Source: Octopus vulgaris
Lineage: Eukaryota
Reading direction: 5' to 3'
DNA length: 64,000 bases
Assembly (NCBI GenBank): GCA_951406725.2
Contig: OX597823.1
Coordinates: forward strand, 23,622,001 to 23,686,000
The notes under the pieces are model-generated. The model saw only the letters and a program-made list of their open reading frames with translations, had not been told where the DNA came from and searched no databases. Below, piece by piece: positions 58,998 through 64,000 of the stretch. The position numbers and the translations under genes are program-made. Position 1 is the stretch's first letter. Each line of letters begins with the position of its first letter.

Positions 58998-61627
58998 GTC
59001 ATTTACTTTTAATCTGCATGTTTGATGCAATCACTTGCCAGGGCACACCCAGCGCCCTAGGGCAAGTGAAGGTTAAGAGTTGTTGAAATATAGCTGAAAG
59101 CTTGGGGAGGGGAAGTAGAGAAATATCTCCATGTAATACAAACACAAACATTTACATTGATAGGGTTTTTCTAAGGGTGTGGGCAGTACTTGTTAGCACA
59201 ATCTTTTGGATTTCCTTGCTACATGGTTCTCCAGGGATATTGTCTAGGTGTTTCTGACATCCCTTTTTTATCATACCTAGGGCACCTACAATAACAGGAA
59301 CAGTTTTTGTTTTAAGATTCCACATCTTTTGTATTTCGATTTCCAGGTCCTTATATTTACTAAGTGTGTCAAATTCCTTTACAGATACATTTTTATCAGT
59401 GGGGACGCTTACCTCTATTAGTCTGCAGGTATTTTCTTCCCTGTCTTTAACAATTATGTCTGGTCGATTAGCCTTGATCGTTCTGTCAGTGTTGACTGGA
59501 AAATCCCAGAGGATGGTGACATTATTACCTTCAACAACTGGCTGAGGATGGTGTTCATACCAGTTAGCAGGAGTGCCAAATTTGTAGTGTTTACATATCT
59601 TCCAATGTATATACTGTCCTAACCTATCGTGGCGATTTTTGTATTCGTTTGGTGTCAGCACAGGACATCCCGAAACGAGATGGTCTATTGTTTCGTCAAA
59701 TGTGTCGCAGAATCTGCATTTAGGGTCAGTACCGTTTCGGAGAACGTTAGCCTGGTAATTTCTGGTAAACAAGCTTTGATCTTGTGCTGCCAGTATGAAG
59801 CCTTCAGTCTCTGCTTTCAATCCAGAACTCTTCAGCCACTGATGGGTTGTTGCTTGGTCTACATCAGCATTTTGGCTTTGGAGAATATATTGTCCATGCA
59901 GGGGCTTCTGGCTCCACTGCCTCTCAATTTGATTCTGCCCGTTCTCTTTTGCAGTCTGCTTGATTCGCTTTGCTTGCTTGGTAGCAGTGGTTTCCGGCTC
60001 TTCATCTGATTCAAGGTTGATGTCTAGTTCCCTTTCGAACTTATAAGCTTCCTTGACAATAGAATGCAGCTTTTTGCTGCTTTCGTGTTCGCACACAAGT
60101 CGCAGAATCCAGTCCTTTGTACTAGATAGGTACCTGTTCATTCCTACAGTAGAGGTCTTATAGCACAGCTCTAATTGCATCATTCCTCTCCCCCTGCTGC
60201 TTCTAGGTAGGTACAGGTGGTCTACATCTGCCTTAGGGTGGTGCATGCTCTTGGATGTCAGTAATTTTCTTGTCTTCCTGTCCAAGCGTTGGAGTTCCGT
60301 AAGGTTCCAGTTAATGATATTAAAACTGTACTGGACTACTGGAAGTGCCAGGGTGTTAATGGCCTCAATGCAATTTTTGGAGTTGAGTTCAGTCTTCAGT
60401 ACAAGCCTTATTCTCCTATAGTATTCCTTTCTTATTTTTTCCTTCATAGTAGCATGATGTATACCATCTCCTTCATTGATTCCTAGGTATTTGTAACTTT
60501 CTTGTGGGTCAAGTTCCTTGATGGTAGTGTCAATATCTAATTTAACAGAAGCTGTTTGCCTGAGCTTGCCTCTTACAAAAGTTGCTTTAGCACACTTATC
60601 AAGGCCAAAATCCATTACGATATCATTGCTAAACTCTTTAACAGTTGTTAGCAGCCCTTCTAGCTCTTGGTCATTCCTGGCAAACAGCTTTAGGTCGTCC
60701 ATATAGAAAAGGTGGTTTATTGACTTACTAAAAACTTTGTACCCATATCTGGTACTATCCAATTCGTTTGAGAGTGGGATCAGTGCCATGCAAAAAAGTA
60801 ATGGAGAGAGGGAGTCACTTTGAAAGATGCCTCGTTTGATGTTGATGCTGTTGGACTGGCTCATCCCATTACTATGGCTTAGAAAGAGACGTGTGTTCCA
60901 CATGGTCATGCTATTCTCTAAGAATTTTGAGACGACAGGAGAGATCTTGTATATCTCAAGGGCCTTGAGTATCCATTTATGTGGGACACTGTCATACGCT
61001 TTCCTGTAGTCTATCCATGCCATACTCAGGTTTTTGTTTTTGCTCCGGCAATTCTCTACAATCATTCTGTTTATGAGCAATTGGTCTTTGCACCAATAAG
61101 AGTTTCTTTTACAACCTTTTTGAGCTTGTGGAAGGATAGAGTTTTGTTCAAGGAAAGCGTACATTCTCTCCGTTATTATGGATGTGAGGATTTTGTAGGT
61201 GGTGTTGAGACATGTTATTGGCCGGTAATTCTTTGGGTTTTTTGTGTCTTCGGTTTTAGGTAATAGGTAGGTGGTTCCTTCAGTCAGCCAAGCAGGTATT
61301 TGCTCTGGGTTCTGAATGACATCAGACAGAGATGCAGCGAGATTTTCGTGTACCTCTGTCAAACAATTCAGCCAGAAGTTATGGATCCGATCCAGTCCTG
61401 GGGTTTTCCATTTATGAGCCTTCCTAAGGACACACCTTAGCTCCTCTATTCCTATTGCTTCCCATTTCTGTTCTTCAAGTTCATCCAGTCTCTCTTTCTC
61501 ACGTTCTATCCAGTCAGCCTCAGCATTAAACTCTTTTTCGTTGCCCCATACCTTCTTCCAGAACTCCTCCACTTCCTCAATCTTAGGTGGATCTTCTATG
61601 TGTATTTTATTTTTGCCAATTTCCCTA
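58998..61627 (-). mobile_element. R4/Dong-like site-specific non-LTR retrotransposon, 5'-truncated, 806-aa open RT+RLE frame (59152-61572)
   Basis: RT motifs NYRPITCL, WIDYRKAYDSVPH, GIFQSDSLSP and HLFYMDDLKL. CCHC CRFC...ETIDHLVSGC, RHD, PD..E and KY restriction-like endonuclease motifs. (TAA)n arrays on both sides. Confidence 0.92.
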
Positions 61628-61641
61628 TATTATTATTATTA

Positions 61642-61672
<31 letters not shown>

Positions 61673-61685
61673 CATTATTATTATT

Positions 61686-61981
61686 TAAGGCAGCAAACTG
61701 GTAGAATTGTTTGCATGCCAGGCTAAATGTTTAGCAACATTTTATTTATCTCTAAATTCTGAGTTTTATTTCCAATGTGGTGGACTTCACCTTTCATCCT
61801 TTCTGTGCCAATAAATTAAGTAGCTGTGAAACACTGATGTTGATGTAATTGACTATTACCTCCCCTCAAATTTCAGGCCTTGTTCCCTCAGTAGAAAGAA
61901 TTATCATTATTATTATTATTATTATTATTATCATCATCATCCTCTCCCCCAAATTTCAGACCTTGCGCCTATAGGAGAAAG

Positions 61982-61985
<4 letters not shown>
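61686..61985 (+). mobile_element. Second SINE family with (ATT)n tail, plus duplicated 3' end
   Basis: Head aaggcagcaaactggtagaa, core cctttcatcctttc...ataaattaagta, 3' aaatttcaggccttg...agaaagaattatc. Older copies at about 32200-32500 and 55570-55740. Confidence 0.6.
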
Positions 61986-62033
<48 letters not shown>

Positions 62034-62034
<1 letters not shown>

Positions 62035-63175
62035 TATGTTTGACTTTTGCTTTATATTTGTACAAGTTGGCTCCAAGTCTCACCCAGAGACCTCAAGAGA
62101 CAACAGGTTGGAAGTTCATGTTGTTGTTATGCCTAGTGTGCCATATATTTGGGGGGGAGTTTTTTGTGTTGTACTAATGAATGTCTAAAAAAAAATTTTT
62201 TTTAAAAACCGAAAATTATGTTTGTTTTAAACCTTGAGATTACATAGAAAGTATTTTGCGTAGGATATGAGCAGTTCCCATGAGCACTATCTTTTGAATT
62301 TCTGCCATTTTTGGGTTTCCTGATATCTGAGTTAGGTAGCTATCAGCCCCTTTTGCTATCATTCCCAGGGCACCTATGACAACAGGTATTGTTTTAGTCT
62401 TCAGCTTCCACATTTTGCTGATTTCTATTTCAAGATCTTTATATTTGCTCAGTTTTTGGTAGGTTTTGACAGATACGTTTATATCGATTGGGACAGTCAT
62501 ATCAATGAGGAGGCATGTTCTTTGTTTGAAGTCTTTCAATATGATGTCTGGCCTATTTGCATCTATCTTTCTGTCAGTTTGAATGGTGAAGTTCCAGAGG
62601 AGTGAGATGTGGTCATTTTCAAGCACTGGGGGTGGTTTGTGTTCCCACCAGTTTTTTTCATGGGGCAAATCCAGGTTTTTGCAGATTACCCAGTGAATAT
62701 ATTGTGCAGCTCTATCATGTCTGTTGAGATACTCTGTAGGCGCTAGAAGACTGCATTTGGAGACAACATGATCAATGGTTTCATTTTGTTGCTGGCATAC
62801 ACGACATGTTGGACTGCTTCTGATCTTTAATATGTTGGCCTGGTAGTTTCTTGTTGGTAGGCATTGATCTTGAGCTGCTATGATAAACCCCTCTATTTCA
62901 GATTTTAAGCCAGAGTCCATTAGCCATTGATGGGTCAGGGCTTTGTCAACATCTGCATTATTTGCTCTCTTTGGGTATTTGCCATAGAGAGGTTTTTCTT
63001 GCCATTTATCATTCAGAATATCTAAGGCCGCAGATTTAGCACGGGTTTTCATGCGCTTAGCTTTTCCTTGCCTGTTTCTTGTATGTCTATCTCTAATTCC
63101 GAAATTTGTTGTATTCGGAATTCACTTAGATATTCCTTTGCCTGTTTTGTTACTGAGTATGATGCTTTCTTGTTT
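62034..63175 (-). mobile_element. Second R4/Dong-like element, 3' part (RLE domain ORF 62240-63052)
   Basis: Contains CRVCQQQNETIDHVVSKC, RHD, NRPDIIL and KLSKYKDLEIEI. (TAA)n at the 3' end. Confidence 0.88.
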
Positions 63176-63206
63176 TTTTATTATTTTTTATTATTTTCTT
63201 CTTCTT

Positions 63207-63302
<96 letters not shown>

Positions 63303-63303
<1 letters not shown>

Positions 63304-64000
63304 CTTCTGTCTTCAAATTTTCTTCCATTTCTCGTCGAGTGTTTTCCGTACACCTAGGGCAGAGAAGCTCGTTGTATGCATTCCCAGATTAAACATGCAA
63401 ATTCACAGGTAAAATATGTATTTAAAAAATTTATGAATAAATAAATTCATGAATGGATATTGTTTTCACAGCGATAATGCTCTTCTCAGTTCATGAGGCA
63501 TTCCAGTCAACATGATTTTTTGCACTTCCTGTAGGGATGGTAAGCCTGGTATCATTTTCAAATAGGTTTCAGTACCTTTTTTTTATCATTCCTAGAGATC
63601 CCACAATCACTGGTACTGTAGTCGCCCTGAAAAGCCACATTTTTTCAATTTCCTTTAGCAAGTCCTTATATTTACTAATCTTGTCAAATTCTTTCGCCGC
63701 TATATTGTGATTGCTAGGAATACTCATGTCAATTAACAAACACATCTTTTTTGTCTGATCTTTTATGATAATATCGGTTTATTAGCTTTTATAGTTCTGT
63801 CGGTATGTACAGGGAAGTCCCACAGAATCAACACATTTTCTCCCTCAGTCACAGCTTCAGGATGGTGTTTATACCATTTGACAGTGGTTTTGATTTTATA
63901 ATGCCGACATATTGTCCAGTGTAAATACTGGCTGACTCTGTCATGTCTTGCTTTATATTCTGCAGGTGCCAGACTCTACACCCTGAGATTAGGTAGTCTA
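63303..64000 (-). mobile_element. Third R4/Dong-like element 3' end (runs off window)
   Basis: Reverse frame contains ARHDRVSQYLHW, ILWDFPVHTDRTIKANK and KISKYKDL. Abuts (TAA)n at 63235-63302. Confidence 0.8.

Overview
AT-rich, microsatellite- and transposon-dense animal genomic DNA. The SINE types and (TA)n/(CA)n/(TAA)n arrays suggest a coleoid cephalopod, probably Octopus (inference). The window lies inside one large + strand gene. I can trace 13 short GT-AG exons (2081-56241; 2745 nt, 915 codons, no stops when joined), all phase 1-1 and each encoding one cysteine-rich extracellular module. Their order is PAN-B, Sushi, PAN-A, PAN-B, Sushi, PAN-A, PAN-B, Sushi, PAN-A, PAN-B, Sushi, Sushi, PAN-A, i.e. 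a (PAN/Apple-PAN/Apple-Sushi/CCP)n protein whose start and end lie outside the window. Intron flanks point to a six-exon higher-order duplication and probable loss of one PAN-PAN pair. The introns hold a full-length decayed mariner, a MITE, a Gypsy LTR element whose empty site survives in a paralogous intron, two Helitron-like elements, R4/Dong-like LINEs in (TAA)n arrays, RTE-like and other LINE relics, many SINEs and Penelope-like relics. There is also a type I hammerhead ribozyme with an intact core (46491-46552, minus strand) and a second degenerate one.
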